This document shows positions 27,196 through 36,459 of a stretch of DNA of 38,611 nt, piece after piece. Numbering within the stretch: the first letter of the stretch is position 1; each line of letters starts with the position of its first letter. Below the pieces are notes generated by a model. That model was given only the letters and a program-made list of their open reading frames with translations, searched no databases and was not told where the DNA came from. The position numbers and the translations under genes were made by a program. The stretch lies in the IMG/VR virus record IMGVR_UViG_3300023184_005353; one strand, written 5' to 3'. Source of the DNA: a virus. Taxonomy: Duplodnaviria; Heunggongvirae; Uroviricota; Caudoviricetes.

Positions 27196-29187
27196 ATGGA
27201 AAATCAAAATAAAATACAAGAAGGTTTAGACGCTCTAGATAGAATTAAACTATTGATGGGGTATGATATGTCAAAAACCTTAACAGAAAATAAAATTATA
27301 TTTGAACAAACAGATGATTTTTCTAAAACAATAGAATTAACAATACCTGATAAAAACACATATCTAAAGTCAGGAACAAAATTAACATGGAACATTACTA
27401 ATAAAGACCCAAAAAAAGTTTTAAAAATTGAGAAAGTTGAAATAACCCCTCCTCCGAAAGAAACATCTAAGGATTGGAATTGTGCAAATTCTCCAAATTG
27501 TACTCAAAAAAGAGTATATGTTAGTTCATACACTGAGGAGGGAATAAAACCTGGTTGGAAAGGTGTTGTAAACTTAGGAATATTTTTTGGTTTTGATGAT
27601 TATTATTCAGAGTCCGGAGCTCAAAAATATTTTAATTTTGGATTAACTATTACAACATCTGAAGGACAAATTAAGACAACATTAAGAGGTGGAGAATTTT
27701 ATATGGAGAGTAGAGTGGCTCAAAAACAAAGACAAGTTAAAGAAAAAGTTATACAAAGAAAAACACCTAATTTGGGGGTTAACGTTCCGGAGGGATTTAG
27801 TCCATTTAGTTATGATGAGTTTATTACTGAATTATATGATACTATCTCAAATAGATATTCGTCTCAAGGACAAAATTGTAATTATCAAAGTTATTATAAA
27901 AAATATATTGCATCTGACCCAGTATTATCTAAAAAATATCCACAACCAAAAAATATAAATAATTCAGAAGATAATGAGTTCTGTAATACCCGATTTAAAT
28001 CATTACTTGAAAAATATTATAATGAAAAATTTCCAACAGGTGTAACTCCTGAAGATAAAGAAGAATTTGATAAATCACATTCTCAAGCAAAGTCAGAATT
28101 AGATATTTTCAAGAAACAACATATGAGCACAACAATGCGTGGACCCCAAGTTTTTGATGAAAGCAAATTATCCCCTGAACTTCAAAAAAAATATAAAGAA
28201 TTAGTTAAAAATGTTAAATCAATAGAAAGTGAATTTGGTTATGATGATAGGAATTGGTTTGATAAATTTTGGGAAGAGTATGGAATTTGGGTTCAGGTTG
28301 GAGTTGGTGTGTTAAGTATGATTGCAAGTTTAGGTGCGTCTAGTCCTGCTGTTGCACTACTTATTGCTGAAACTATTGGTGTCGAGGCTGTTGCTGTTAC
28401 CTCAGCATTAGTTGCCGCTGAAAGGTTTTCAATATTAGCGGATTTTTATATGAACGCAACTGTTGGTACATATCAATTAGCCAAAGGTGATACAAAAGAA
28501 GCGATGTTATCATTCTTTTTTGCTGCTTTACCAAAAATACATAAATTATATTCAAAGATTGGGAATTTATTTGGAACTCCTTCTGTTGATATTGCAAAAT
28601 CATTGGCAAATAAAATTGGTCAGGTTTCTTTAAGAAACCACGTAGATATAAATGCGTTTTTAGCAACAATATCAAAAGAGGAAGCAATATATTTCAAAAA
28701 AGCGTTAAAATTAAATAAAGATGATTGGAAAAAAATTTGGGAGTTGGTTGATGCTGATATGAAAAAAAGTTTACAAATCCCAATAACACAAAAAATAGTA
28801 AAGGTGGCAAAAGGTACCGGAAAATTCTTAGGTACTGCAGTGCTTGATTTTAGTTTAATTGCAACTTCACAAGAATTATATGAGGCGTCTGTTAAACAAA
28901 TTAACAATTATTGTAAAAATTGTATGACTACTGAAGAGGAGAAGAGAAAAGCCAAAACATATCTAAATAAATTGAGTCCAAATCAAATAAAAAATTTAGA
29001 ATCCTTTCTAAATATGATTCAATTAAGTGAAATGGCTGAAAGTGAGAAAGGAAAAGTAATGCAAGGTGCGGTAACAGGACAATTTGTTGAGGAAATTGAA
29101 AATTTAAATAAACAGACAATGAGTAGTGATGAAATACTTAAAAGAGTGAAAGACCACGTAAAAAATATGGAAAAATTAAATAAATAA
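27196..29187 (+). CDS. Large protein with hydrophobic helical hairpin (candidate ejected/membrane-inserting virion protein)
   Basis: Leader ALDRIKLLMGY...IIFEQ; WVQVGVGVLSMIASLGASSPAVALLIAETIGVEAVAVTSALVAA segment. Confidence 0.6.
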   Translation: MENQNKIQEGLDALDRIKLLMGYDMSKTLTENKIIFEQTDDFSKTIELTIPDKNTYLKSGTKLTWNITNKDPKKVLKIEKVEITPPPKETSKDWNCANSPNCTQKRVYVSSYTEEGIKPGWKGVVNLGIFFGFDDYYSESGAQKYFNFGLTITTSEGQIKTTLRGGEFYMESRVAQKQRQVKEKVIQRKTPNLGVNVPEGFSPFSYDEFITELYDTISNRYSSQGQNCNYQSYYKKYIASDPVLSKKYPQPKNINNSEDNEFCNTRFKSLLEKYYNEKFPTGVTPEDKEEFDKSHSQAKSELDIFKKQHMSTTMRGPQVFDESKLSPELQKKYKELVKNVKSIESEFGYDDRNWFDKFWEEYGIWVQVGVGVLSMIASLGASSPAVALLIAETIGVEAVAVTSALVAAERFSILADFYMNATVGTYQLAKGDTKEAMLSFFFAALPKIHKLYSKIGNLFGTPSVDIAKSLANKIGQVSLRNHVDINAFLATISKEEAIYFKKALKLNKDDWKKIWELVDADMKKSLQIPITQKIVKVAKGTGKFLGTAVLDFSLIATSQELYEASVKQINNYCKNCMTTEEEKRKAKTYLNKLSPNQIKNLESFLNMIQLSEMAESEKGKVMQGAVTGQFVEEIENLNKQTMSSDEILKRVKDHVKNMEKLNK

Positions 29188-29237
29188 AAAAAAATTAAAG
29201 TTTTTAATAAAAACATATATTTATAAAATAAATAGTT

Positions 29238-30338
29238 ATGAATAAAGAATTAATATCAGAAATAAATAGATTTAGGGAAATTGTTGGCTTAAATGTAATC
29301 AATGAAGCACTTTTAGGAATTTCACCAGTATATAAAGCCCTTGAAAGATTTTTTGATAAGTTTGGGGTTTCAACTCTTGAGGATGCCGAGCTAAAAAGTC
29401 TTGAAAGTGCATTGTCTAAAGATGCTAACTTGGTCAGAGATTTTGATGAAATAGGTACTAAATTATCTAACGCAGCAACAAGTGCTGAAGGAGAAAGGTT
29501 ACTAGATACTTATTTAAGACAATTACCTAATTTTAAGCTAGTTGTGAATATTTTGGAAAAAAACGCACCTGATGTATTTCAAGATGTTGTAAATAAAACT
29601 TTTAAAAGTAAAATGAATCCGGCATTTTATGATGCCTTCGAAGAGGCGTATGAAAAACAAGGAACCAAAGGAGTTTTGGATTTATATAATGTTGCAGTAC
29701 CATCAAATCAAAGTGAAAGATTGAAATTTATGTTAGGAAAATGGAAACCCGAAGTTAAAGTAAAAGGTGGTGGCGGTTCTCAAGGTGGTGGCGGTTCTCA
29801 AGGTGGTGGCGGTTCTCAAGGTGGTGGCGGTTCTCAAGGTGGTGGAAGTGGTGCTGGTGGGGGATTTGGTAAATTAACACAAAAATTTGGAGTTCAAGAT
29901 TTAATTAATGCATTAAAGTCCGACCCAATTTTTGGTGATTTAGTTAAAAAATCAGGTGTCGAATCAAAACTTAGAAATTTTATCAATACTGAAATGAAAG
30001 TTAAAGGAGTAACCGCAGAACAACTTTGGACCAACCCTCAGAGTCTTGAAAATTATTTTAATAGACTTCAGCAAGCAATTGATAATGGTAATGTTAAAAC
30101 GGGTGGGTTAATTAATAAAGTTGGCGATATATTTGCAGCAATACCGACAAGTAGAACCGCTAAAATTACCGCCGGCGTATGGATTGCGGGTTTATTAGGC
30201 GGTGGATGGACAATTAAAGAAACGTGGGATTATTTTAAATCTTTGAGGGGTACTGATAAGCCTGAAGAAACTAAACCTGAAGAAAATAATACAACTCCGA
30301 CTGGCCCAACCGGAATTGGTGGAGCGGATAAAATCTAA
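29238..30338 (+). CDS. Protein with EINRFREIVG leader, (GGGGSQ)4 linker and C-terminal TM-like helix
   Basis: Leader ends VINEA; ITAGVWIAGLLGGGWTI. Confidence 0.7.
   Translation: MNKELISEINRFREIVGLNVINEALLGISPVYKALERFFDKFGVSTLEDAELKSLESALSKDANLVRDFDEIGTKLSNAATSAEGERLLDTYLRQLPNFKLVVNILEKNAPDVFQDVVNKTFKSKMNPAFYDAFEEAYEKQGTKGVLDLYNVAVPSNQSERLKFMLGKWKPEVKVKGGGGSQGGGGSQGGGGSQGGGGSQGGGSGAGGGFGKLTQKFGVQDLINALKSDPIFGDLVKKSGVESKLRNFINTEMKVKGVTAEQLWTNPQSLENYFNRLQQAIDNGNVKTGGLINKVGDIFAAIPTSRTAKITAGVWIAGLLGGGWTIKETWDYFKSLRGTDKPEETKPEENNTTPTGPTGIGGADKI
29766..29837 (+). repeat. Perfect 18-nt tandem repeat x4 (GGGGSQ)
   Basis: GGTGGTGGCGGTTCTCAA four times. Confidence 0.95.
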
Positions 30339-30356
30339 AAATTTATCTAAATAATA

Positions 30357-30968
30357 ATGGAAGAAAAAAGATTAAAATTGTGGCAAATGCTACTTAGAAA
30401 TAATAATTTAAATGAGCCTAATAAGGATTATGATACTTTTACAAAAAATTATTTTTCTAATGAAGTTGGTGTAAAAAATTTATATAATTTTTTAATCAAA
30501 ACAAAAGAACCTGGTACTTCTGATTATTATTATAATAACACATTAACAGAATACTATAAAAAATTTATTTGTGGTGATTTAGATTGGGCAAAATCAACAA
30601 CATATTGTAGTGGAGCCTCACCTGTAAAAACTGACCCAGTAAAAACTGACCCAGTAAAAACTGACCCAGTAATAGTAGTGCCTAAACCAAGTACAAGTAG
30701 ATATACTAGTTGTCCTGAAACATTCCCAATTAAACAATTCTGTAAAAACGAAACAATCAGAAAAGTTCAAGGTTGTTTAGGAATAAAAACAGATAGTATG
30801 TTTGGTCCAATAACACAATCATCATTAGAAGCAAAAGGATTACCGGGTACCGTAATTACTCAAAATTCTGTAGATAAAGCTTGTAAGGGTTCTTCACCAA
30901 TAACTCAAAAAGAACCTGAAGGAGAAGAAACACAACAAAACCACGACCCAACAGATGCGAGTTATTGA
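30357..30968 (+). CDS. Protein with VKTDP repeats and C-terminal PG-binding-like motif
   Basis: IRKVQGCLGIKTDSMFGPITQSSL resembles PG_binding_1. Confidence 0.6.
   Translation: MEEKRLKLWQMLLRNNNLNEPNKDYDTFTKNYFSNEVGVKNLYNFLIKTKEPGTSDYYYNNTLTEYYKKFICGDLDWAKSTTYCSGASPVKTDPVKTDPVKTDPVIVVPKPSTSRYTSCPETFPIKQFCKNETIRKVQGCLGIKTDSMFGPITQSSLEAKGLPGTVITQNSVDKACKGSSPITQKEPEGEETQQNHDPTDASY
30624..30668 (+). repeat. Perfect 15-nt tandem repeat x3 (VKTDP)
   Basis: GTAAAAACTGACCCA three times. Confidence 0.95.
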
Positions 30969-30995
30969 TAAAGTGAGTTAGAAAATAAAAATATT

Positions 30996-32045
30996 ATGAA
31001 ATTTAATTCAAACGAAACCGAATTCAAAAGAATTTTGGAAATGCATTCAAGAGAGAAAAAGAATAAAATTGTAGAAACTATTGAAGTTGATACTAATTAT
31101 TCATTGTATGGCAAAAAATTTATTATTAAAGAACAATCAAACACAAAAGATGAGTTATCTGCGATGATTGATAAAGGTTGTGTGAAAGGAGGTAAATTAC
31201 AAAAAATGAAGTCTAGTGCACCAAGAGACTATTCAATTAAACAAGAAGGTACAACAAACCCTGGTGTTAATTTTAAATATTTCTTTCTTGATGGTACAGT
31301 AGGAAAGAAATTTGGTACAGACCCATTCAAAATGGATGGAACTTGGGATGTTAGTGCTTGTCGTGATAAAATTAATCAAAATACACCTTTAGACAAACAA
31401 GCAAAATTAAATGACTTGAAAAAGATAGAAGGTTGGATTGAATACGATGAACTTGAAGCCAATGGTATGAATAAACAAGGAGCTGATTCAGGAAAATATG
31501 GTGAACCTAAAATTTTTGATTTAGGTAATGGAAAAAAAGTTAAGTTATATAAAGCACCAGGTAAAGAAGGTATTACTAAAACAGGATATACAAAAGAACA
31601 AACAGAAACAATCAGAAGATGGCAAGCTAAGGGATATGAATTGGCTGATGACATAAGTAATGATGAAAAACAAGTTTGGGAAAGAGTTAATATACCAATA
31701 CCTGGATTAGATAACTTTGTAATGTACCTTAACCCCGGAAAACGTGTAAAAACAAGTGATAACGATGCGGATATTGAAACAGAATTATCAAATCAAGATT
31801 ATAGTTTGAAATCTTGTAAAAAAACTTTAGAGTTATATTATTCTTCATTCAAAATGAAGAAACCATTAGTACAATCTAAGTTTACGCCATTTAAAAATAA
31901 AACTCAATCTTGTATTAACCAATGGCAGTATAAAGGTTGGGGTGGGTTAAGACCTGAACATTTTAGAGATATGGTAAAGGTTTTAAGGGGTGGAAATGGC
32001 GGACCATCAGAAGGTGGTTCTGACTCTAAATGGTTAATTAACTAA
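30996..32045 (+). CDS. Hypothetical protein with ETEFKRILEMH leader
   Basis: Leader followed by FIIKEQ. Confidence 0.75.
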   Translation: MKFNSNETEFKRILEMHSREKKNKIVETIEVDTNYSLYGKKFIIKEQSNTKDELSAMIDKGCVKGGKLQKMKSSAPRDYSIKQEGTTNPGVNFKYFFLDGTVGKKFGTDPFKMDGTWDVSACRDKINQNTPLDKQAKLNDLKKIEGWIEYDELEANGMNKQGADSGKYGEPKIFDLGNGKKVKLYKAPGKEGITKTGYTKEQTETIRRWQAKGYELADDISNDEKQVWERVNIPIPGLDNFVMYLNPGKRVKTSDNDADIETELSNQDYSLKSCKKTLELYYSSFKMKKPLVQSKFTPFKNKTQSCINQWQYKGWGGLRPEHFRDMVKVLRGGNGGPSEGGSDSKWLIN

Positions 32046-32055
32046 TAAAACTATT

Positions 32056-32769
32056 ATGATAAAAAAAGATATTAGAAAAGCTCTTTTGGAAACAAAAGAA
32101 AAAAAAGAAATACTTTTAATTGAGAGAACAATTATCAAAAATAGAATTTTGATGGTTGTTGAAGATGTTAATAACATTAAAAATTTCAAAAATTTACCAT
32201 ACAAAAAAAGAAATAGACTTAGTGAATCATTACTAAAAGAGTTTATTTACTTAGAAAAAAATGGTTTACTTAATGAAGGATTTATGGATATCTTATCATC
32301 ATTATTTGGTAATGTATTTGGAAGAAGTGCTGTAGAAACAATTGCAGAACCAATAATTAACAAAATTTTAACAATGGTTGGTTTTACTTCAGAAGGAATT
32401 CTGAAAAAAACAATGGTTTCTTTTTTAACATCAAATCCAAAGGATTTAATTAAGGCGTTAGGAGATTGTAATTTAATGACAAAACTTTTAACCGAATCAT
32501 TTATTGAAGGTATTGTTATGATGATTCAACAACAAACAGATAAGGGCGGATTCATTTATGACTACGCAAGAAATACATTAGGTGGATTAATTAAAAATAG
32601 CGACGCTGTTTCTAATTTGGAATCACAATTTAGTGGTAAAGTTTGTGGTATGTTTAGTACATTTACAGACAACGCAAAAGAAGTTGCGGGTAAATTATCA
32701 GGAAACGAAGAGACTAAATCTGTAAAGTCAGGATTTCTTGATAGTTTAAAAGGTATGTTTTCTAGTTAG
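32056..32769 (+). CDS. Helical hypothetical protein
   Basis: Basic N-half ends LLNEG, then an amphipathic helical domain. Confidence 0.75.
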   Translation: MIKKDIRKALLETKEKKEILLIERTIIKNRILMVVEDVNNIKNFKNLPYKKRNRLSESLLKEFIYLEKNGLLNEGFMDILSSLFGNVFGRSAVETIAEPIINKILTMVGFTSEGILKKTMVSFLTSNPKDLIKALGDCNLMTKLLTESFIEGIVMMIQQQTDKGGFIYDYARNTLGGLIKNSDAVSNLESQFSGKVCGMFSTFTDNAKEVAGKLSGNEETKSVKSGFLDSLKGMFSS

Positions 32770-32834
32770 TATCTAAAGAGGTAAATCTCTTCAGTATAAA
32801 TGGGTATTAAAAAAAAGGGGGTGTTTTAAAATCT

Positions 32835-32868
32835 AAAAAAGTGGTGTCTTAATTGACACCATTTTTTT
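32835..32868. terminator. Bidirectional intrinsic terminator
   Basis: TGGTGTC-TTAATT-GACACCA flanked by A and T runs between convergent genes. Confidence 0.75.
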
Positions 32869-33543
32869 TTACTTCTTTTTTGTTTTTACAATTTCATCAA
32901 TGATACCATAATCCAAAGCTTCCTGACTATCCAACCATAAATCTCTTGTTGCATCTATTTTAACTTGCTCTGCACTTTTACCACAATATCCACCCAATAA
33001 TTCAAATAAGACATTATTGATTTTATTCCATTCTTTCATATCAATTTCCGCATCTTGAATATTTCCCCTAAATCCACCTGAACTTTGGTGTAGCATTGTT
33101 CTTGAAAATTTCAATGAACTTCTTTTTCCTTTAGTACCCGCACCGAGCAATACGGAACCCATAGAAGCCGCCATTCCTGTATTTACTGTTCTTATATCAC
33201 AAGCAATATAATTCATAACATCAACCATAGAAAGACCTGATTTCACACTTCCACCAGGACTATCAATGTGCATTATAATATCTGCTTTATCTGTGTTATC
33301 CAAGAACATTAATTGAGCTTGAACTATTGTTGACATTCTATCATCAACTTGTCCTGCAACCCATAATATTCTATCTCTCATTAAACGAGAAAAAATATCA
33401 ATTTGTGTTGCTCTCATTTCCCTTTCTTCTAAAATGTATGGAGTCATAGATGATTCTACTTGGTTACCATAGTGGTGTAAGTCTAATGAACCTTTTCCTA
33501 AATGTTTTGTGTAATAACTTTGAAAGTCTTGTCCTATTGTCAT
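32869..33543 (-). CDS. clpP: ATP-dependent Clp protease proteolytic subunit, Bacteroidota type
   Basis: DIFSRLMRDRI, IDSPGGSV, GMAASMG (catalytic Ser), MLHQ (His) and RDLW (Asp); N-terminal extension typical of Bacteroidota ClpP. Confidence 0.95.
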   Translation of the reverse strand: MTIGQDFQSYYTKHLGKGSLDLHHYGNQVESSMTPYILEEREMRATQIDIFSRLMRDRILWVAGQVDDRMSTIVQAQLMFLDNTDKADIIMHIDSPGGSVKSGLSMVDVMNYIACDIRTVNTGMAASMGSVLLGAGTKGKRSSLKFSRTMLHQSSGGFRGNIQDAEIDMKEWNKINNVLFELLGGYCGKSAEQVKIDATRDLWLDSQEALDYGIIDEIVKTKKK

Positions 33544-33557
33544 AGTTTTATTTTTTA

Positions 33558-33589
33558 CAAAGGTATGTAAAATAAAAATGGGAGTCAAA
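33558..33589 (-). promoter_or_regulatory. Bacteroidota sigma-A promoter for clpP
   Basis: Minus strand: TTTG (33586-33589), 20 nt, TACCTTTG (33558-33565). Confidence 0.75.
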
Positions 33590-33597
33590 TGACTCCC
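33580..33597 (-). terminator. Intrinsic terminator
   Basis: GGGAGTC-AAAT-GACTCCC, with a T-rich tail on the minus strand. Confidence 0.65.
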
Positions 33598-33715
33598 TAC
33601 TTATTGATAATTTTTAAGTTAATTTATGGTTTGAGATATATCACGTCTCGTTATAACCTATTTCTCATATTCAGAATCCAAAAGACGATTCATATATATA
33701 AATATCAAAAAAAAG

Positions 33716-33746
33716 TTTGTAATGTCAAATATTATTGTTAGTTTTG
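33716..33746 (+). promoter_or_regulatory. Bacteroidota sigma-A promoter
   Basis: TTTG (33716-33719), 19 nt, TAGTTTTG (33739-33746). Confidence 0.7.
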
Positions 33747-33762
33747 TTTAAAATATATAATT

Positions 33763-34764
33763 ATGAACAAAATAGCGCTCACTTATGATGACATTCAATT
33801 GGTTCCTTCTTATTCGGAAATAAGTGCAAGAAAAGATATAAATTTAAAGACATCTATAACAACTAGATATGATATATCTATTCCATTAATTGCATCCCCT
33901 ATGGATACTGTCTGTGAATATGATATGGCTCTTAAAATGGGACTTATGGGTGGTATTGGTTGTATTCATAGATTTATGTCTATTGAAAAACAAGCTGAAA
34001 TGATTAAAAAATTGAGAAGTAATTTGGGAAACACAGAAATTATGGGCGCAGTTGGTGCAAATGGTGATTATTTGGAAAGGGCAAGAGAACTTTATATGAA
34101 TGGTGCCCGTATAATCCTAATTGATGTTGCTCACGGACATCACAAAAATGTTAAAGAAGCTATTCATAATATTAAATCCATTAATTCGGAAATTGATGTT
34201 ATTGCTGGAAATATTGCAACAAGAAAAGCCGCGGAAGATTTGTGTAGTTGGGGTGCTGATGGTTTAAGAGTCGGTATTGGAGGTGGTTCACTTTGTACCA
34301 CAAGAATTAAAACAGGTTTTGGACTTCCAAATGTAAGTTCACTTCAGGAAATTGTTCCGTTTTCAATGGTTCCTGTTATTGCCGATGGGGGAATACGTTC
34401 AAGTGGGGATATTGCAAAAGCATTAGCTCTTGGGGCGTCTTCCGTAATGTTGGGTTCATTAATTGCTGGAACAGAAGAATCACCAGGTTCAATGATTGAA
34501 AAATCAAACGGATTATATAAAAGATATAGAGGCGCTGCGTCCCTTGAAACAAAAATGACTCACGGACAGGAACAAAGAAATGTTGAGGGTGAATCTACAG
34601 TAATTCCATATAAAGGTGGGGTAAAATACATTATTGAAGGATTATTAGATGGGGTTAAATCGGCATTATCTTACGCAGGTTCAAATGATTTAAGTACTTA
34701 TTATCCTGATTGGGTTCAAGTAACAAATGCCGGACAAAATGAGGCAAAACCACATTTAATATGA
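33763..34764 (+). CDS. IMPDH/GMP-reductase family oxidoreductase without CBS domains (more likely GMP reductase)
   Basis: [36 protein letters not shown] and ADGGI. The flap after YRGAAS lacks the Arg-Tyr dyad of IMPDH. Confidence 0.85.
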   Translation: MNKIALTYDDIQLVPSYSEISARKDINLKTSITTRYDISIPLIASPMDTVCEYDMALKMGLMGGIGCIHRFMSIEKQAEMIKKLRSNLGNTEIMGAVGANGDYLERARELYMNGARIILIDVAHGHHKNVKEAIHNIKSINSEIDVIAGNIATRKAAEDLCSWGADGLRVGIGGGSLCTTRIKTGFGLPNVSSLQEIVPFSMVPVIADGGIRSSGDIAKALALGASSVMLGSLIAGTEESPGSMIEKSNGLYKRYRGAASLETKMTHGQEQRNVEGESTVIPYKGGVKYIIEGLLDGVKSALSYAGSNDLSTYYPDWVQVTNAGQNEAKPHLI

Positions 34765-35102
34765 ACAATTTAACTATAGGATTATTGTATATGTTTTTTG
34801 CTCAAGTAGGAACATTTATACAATTACAAGGGAATATAAAATATAATTGGTATACACATCATCCGATACTTTTGTTAATGGGGGGAATTCCACTTACTTG
34901 GTTATACCTCCAATCTGTTAAACATATTGTTTTTTCGTTTAATGGTGAAATTTGGCCTAGTAGAATTTTAGGGTTTGGTATAGGAATACTTGTATTTGGT
35001 TTAATGAGTTATTTTTGGTTTAAAGAACCAATAACATTAAAAACCCTATTGTGTTTATCATTGGCTTTAATTATAATTCTAATACAAATAATGATGAAAT
35101 AA
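34761..35102 (+). CDS. Four-TM small membrane protein (SMR/DMT-like)
   Basis: Four hydrophobic helices; FKEPITLKTLLCL before the last helix. Confidence 0.6.
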   Translation: MNNLTIGLLYMFFAQVGTFIQLQGNIKYNWYTHHPILLLMGGIPLTWLYLQSVKHIVFSFNGEIWPSRILGFGIGILVFGLMSYFWFKEPITLKTLLCLSLALIIILIQIMMK

Positions 35103-35103
35103 T

Positions 35104-35280
35104 ATGTACGTAATAATTAAAATGATACCGAACGAAAACGGAGTTAAAATGCCCGTAATAGTGTTAAATCACCACGATGAGATATGGGAATTTGATACAA
35201 TAGATGAAGCCGAAAAAATGGCAAAAATCTTTGAAAAAAATTCTGATTCAGGATATGATTACATAGTTAAAAAAATTTAA
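35104..35280 (+). CDS. Small hypothetical protein (58 aa, not in ORF track)
   Basis: MYVIIKMIPNENGVKMPVIVLNHHDEIWEFDTIDEAEKMAKIFEKNSDSGYDYIVKKI*. Confidence 0.7.
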   Translation: MYVIIKMIPNENGVKMPVIVLNHHDEIWEFDTIDEAEKMAKIFEKNSDSGYDYIVKKI

Positions 35281-35285
35281 CAAAT

Positions 35286-35357
35286 GGTTCTGTAATTCAA
35301 CGGATAGAATGACAGATTTCTAATCTGTACATAGTGGTTCGATTCCACTCAGAACTA
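35286..35357 (+). tRNA. tRNA-Arg(UCU)
   Basis: GGTTCTG/CAGAACT acceptor, ATTC/GAAT D stem, ACAGA-TTTCTAA-TCTGT anticodon arm and AGTGG-TTCGATT-CCACT T arm; CCA not encoded. Confidence 0.95.
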
Positions 35358-35373
35358 CATAAATTACACAAGT

Positions 35374-35727
35374 ATGGCACACCCAAATCTACACGCAAAA
35401 TCTTCAGCCAAGAAATTCGGAGGAAAACCTGAGGATTATATTCATTTACATAATTGGTTAGATGAAACAAAAGGATGGTTCGGAGATTCACTTCATAGAT
35501 TAAATAGACATCATTCAGAAGGAATTTTTGAAATGGAACAAAGATTCGGCACAGAATTTAAAAATTCAGATGGGAAAATTGTATATACAAGATATGTGGG
35601 AGAACAACACGTCCAAGAAGATTGTAATGGATATATTCCGAGCGCAAAGGAATGGATTAATAATATTTCCAAAAATGAAAGGCCAATATGGATGATGAAG
35701 ACAATTAAATTAGAATTCAATGATTAA
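35374..35727 (+). CDS. His-rich DUF6915-like protein
   Basis: MAHP..HAKSSAKKFGG..EDY..LHNWLD..K......HR..RHHSEGIF...EQHVQED. Confidence 0.75.
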   Translation: MAHPNLHAKSSAKKFGGKPEDYIHLHNWLDETKGWFGDSLHRLNRHHSEGIFEMEQRFGTEFKNSDGKIVYTRYVGEQHVQEDCNGYIPSAKEWINNISKNERPIWMMKTIKLEFND

Positions 35728-35742
35728 ACATATTTATATATT

Positions 35743-36444
35743 ATGGTAAATTTATTAACACCCGATGAGAAGAAATCATTAAGACTTGCATCAAGATATC
35801 TTAATTCTATGGGGATGAAAGTGGGAACACTTGAAACTGAAGGATATGATAGGTATGAAGATTTTGCGGATGCGAAAATTAAAGCAACTGAGTGGACGCA
35901 TTTTACAAACAATTATTCAATTGATGTTCCAGAACAATTATATCCAATAATTGATAAGGTTTTTTCATACTCGCAAAAAAAATATATGACTCTTGACATT
36001 GATACGAATGATAATGAAATCAATTATGCTAGTGTTTGGTTGGATATTAACACAAAAACACAAGACATATCTGTTAGATATTCTTATCATTACTATGATG
36101 TTGGTGGGGAAACATCATCATCTTTTGAGGATGACGGAGAAATTTTCTCAGACTTGACTACAAATAATATACCTGATGATAATATTATGGAATTAAGATA
36201 TAATGGTTCAGGAGACTCCGGATATCTTGAAAACACTTTTGAAAATGGTGAAAGCGTTCCTGCAAGTATTGAAGATTGGTGTTATGATGCTCTTAATGGT
36301 GAATATGGTGGGTGGGAAAATAATGAGGGGTCTCAAGGAAGGTTTTATTTTAATATGGAAAATAAAACAATAACATTAGAGCACCAGTATAATACGGAAG
36401 AATCATCTTCAGTAACGTTATATGAAGAAAACTTTTCTAAATAA
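35743..36444 (+). CDS. Acidic protein with C-terminal DUF6878-like domain
   Basis: LRYNGSGDSG...GGWENNEGSQG motif. Confidence 0.7.
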   Translation: MVNLLTPDEKKSLRLASRYLNSMGMKVGTLETEGYDRYEDFADAKIKATEWTHFTNNYSIDVPEQLYPIIDKVFSYSQKKYMTLDIDTNDNEINYASVWLDINTKTQDISVRYSYHYYDVGGETSSSFEDDGEIFSDLTTNNIPDDNIMELRYNGSGDSGYLENTFENGESVPASIEDWCYDALNGEYGGWENNEGSQGRFYFNMENKTITLEHQYNTEESSSVTLYEENFSK

Positions 36445-36459
36445 CAGATATTTATAATT

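Noticed and set aside
29766-30668. CRISPR array
   Set aside because: The repeats are contiguous, in frame and have no spacers; no cas genes are present.
32770-32834. Possible small RNA after the 32056 gene (AAGAG/CTCTT hairpin, GGGGGTG tract)
   Set aside because: Only one weak stem and no separate promoter; not enough to call.
35297-35491. 64-aa minus-strand ORF
   Set aside because: Overlaps tRNA-Arg and the DUF6915-like gene on the opposite strand.
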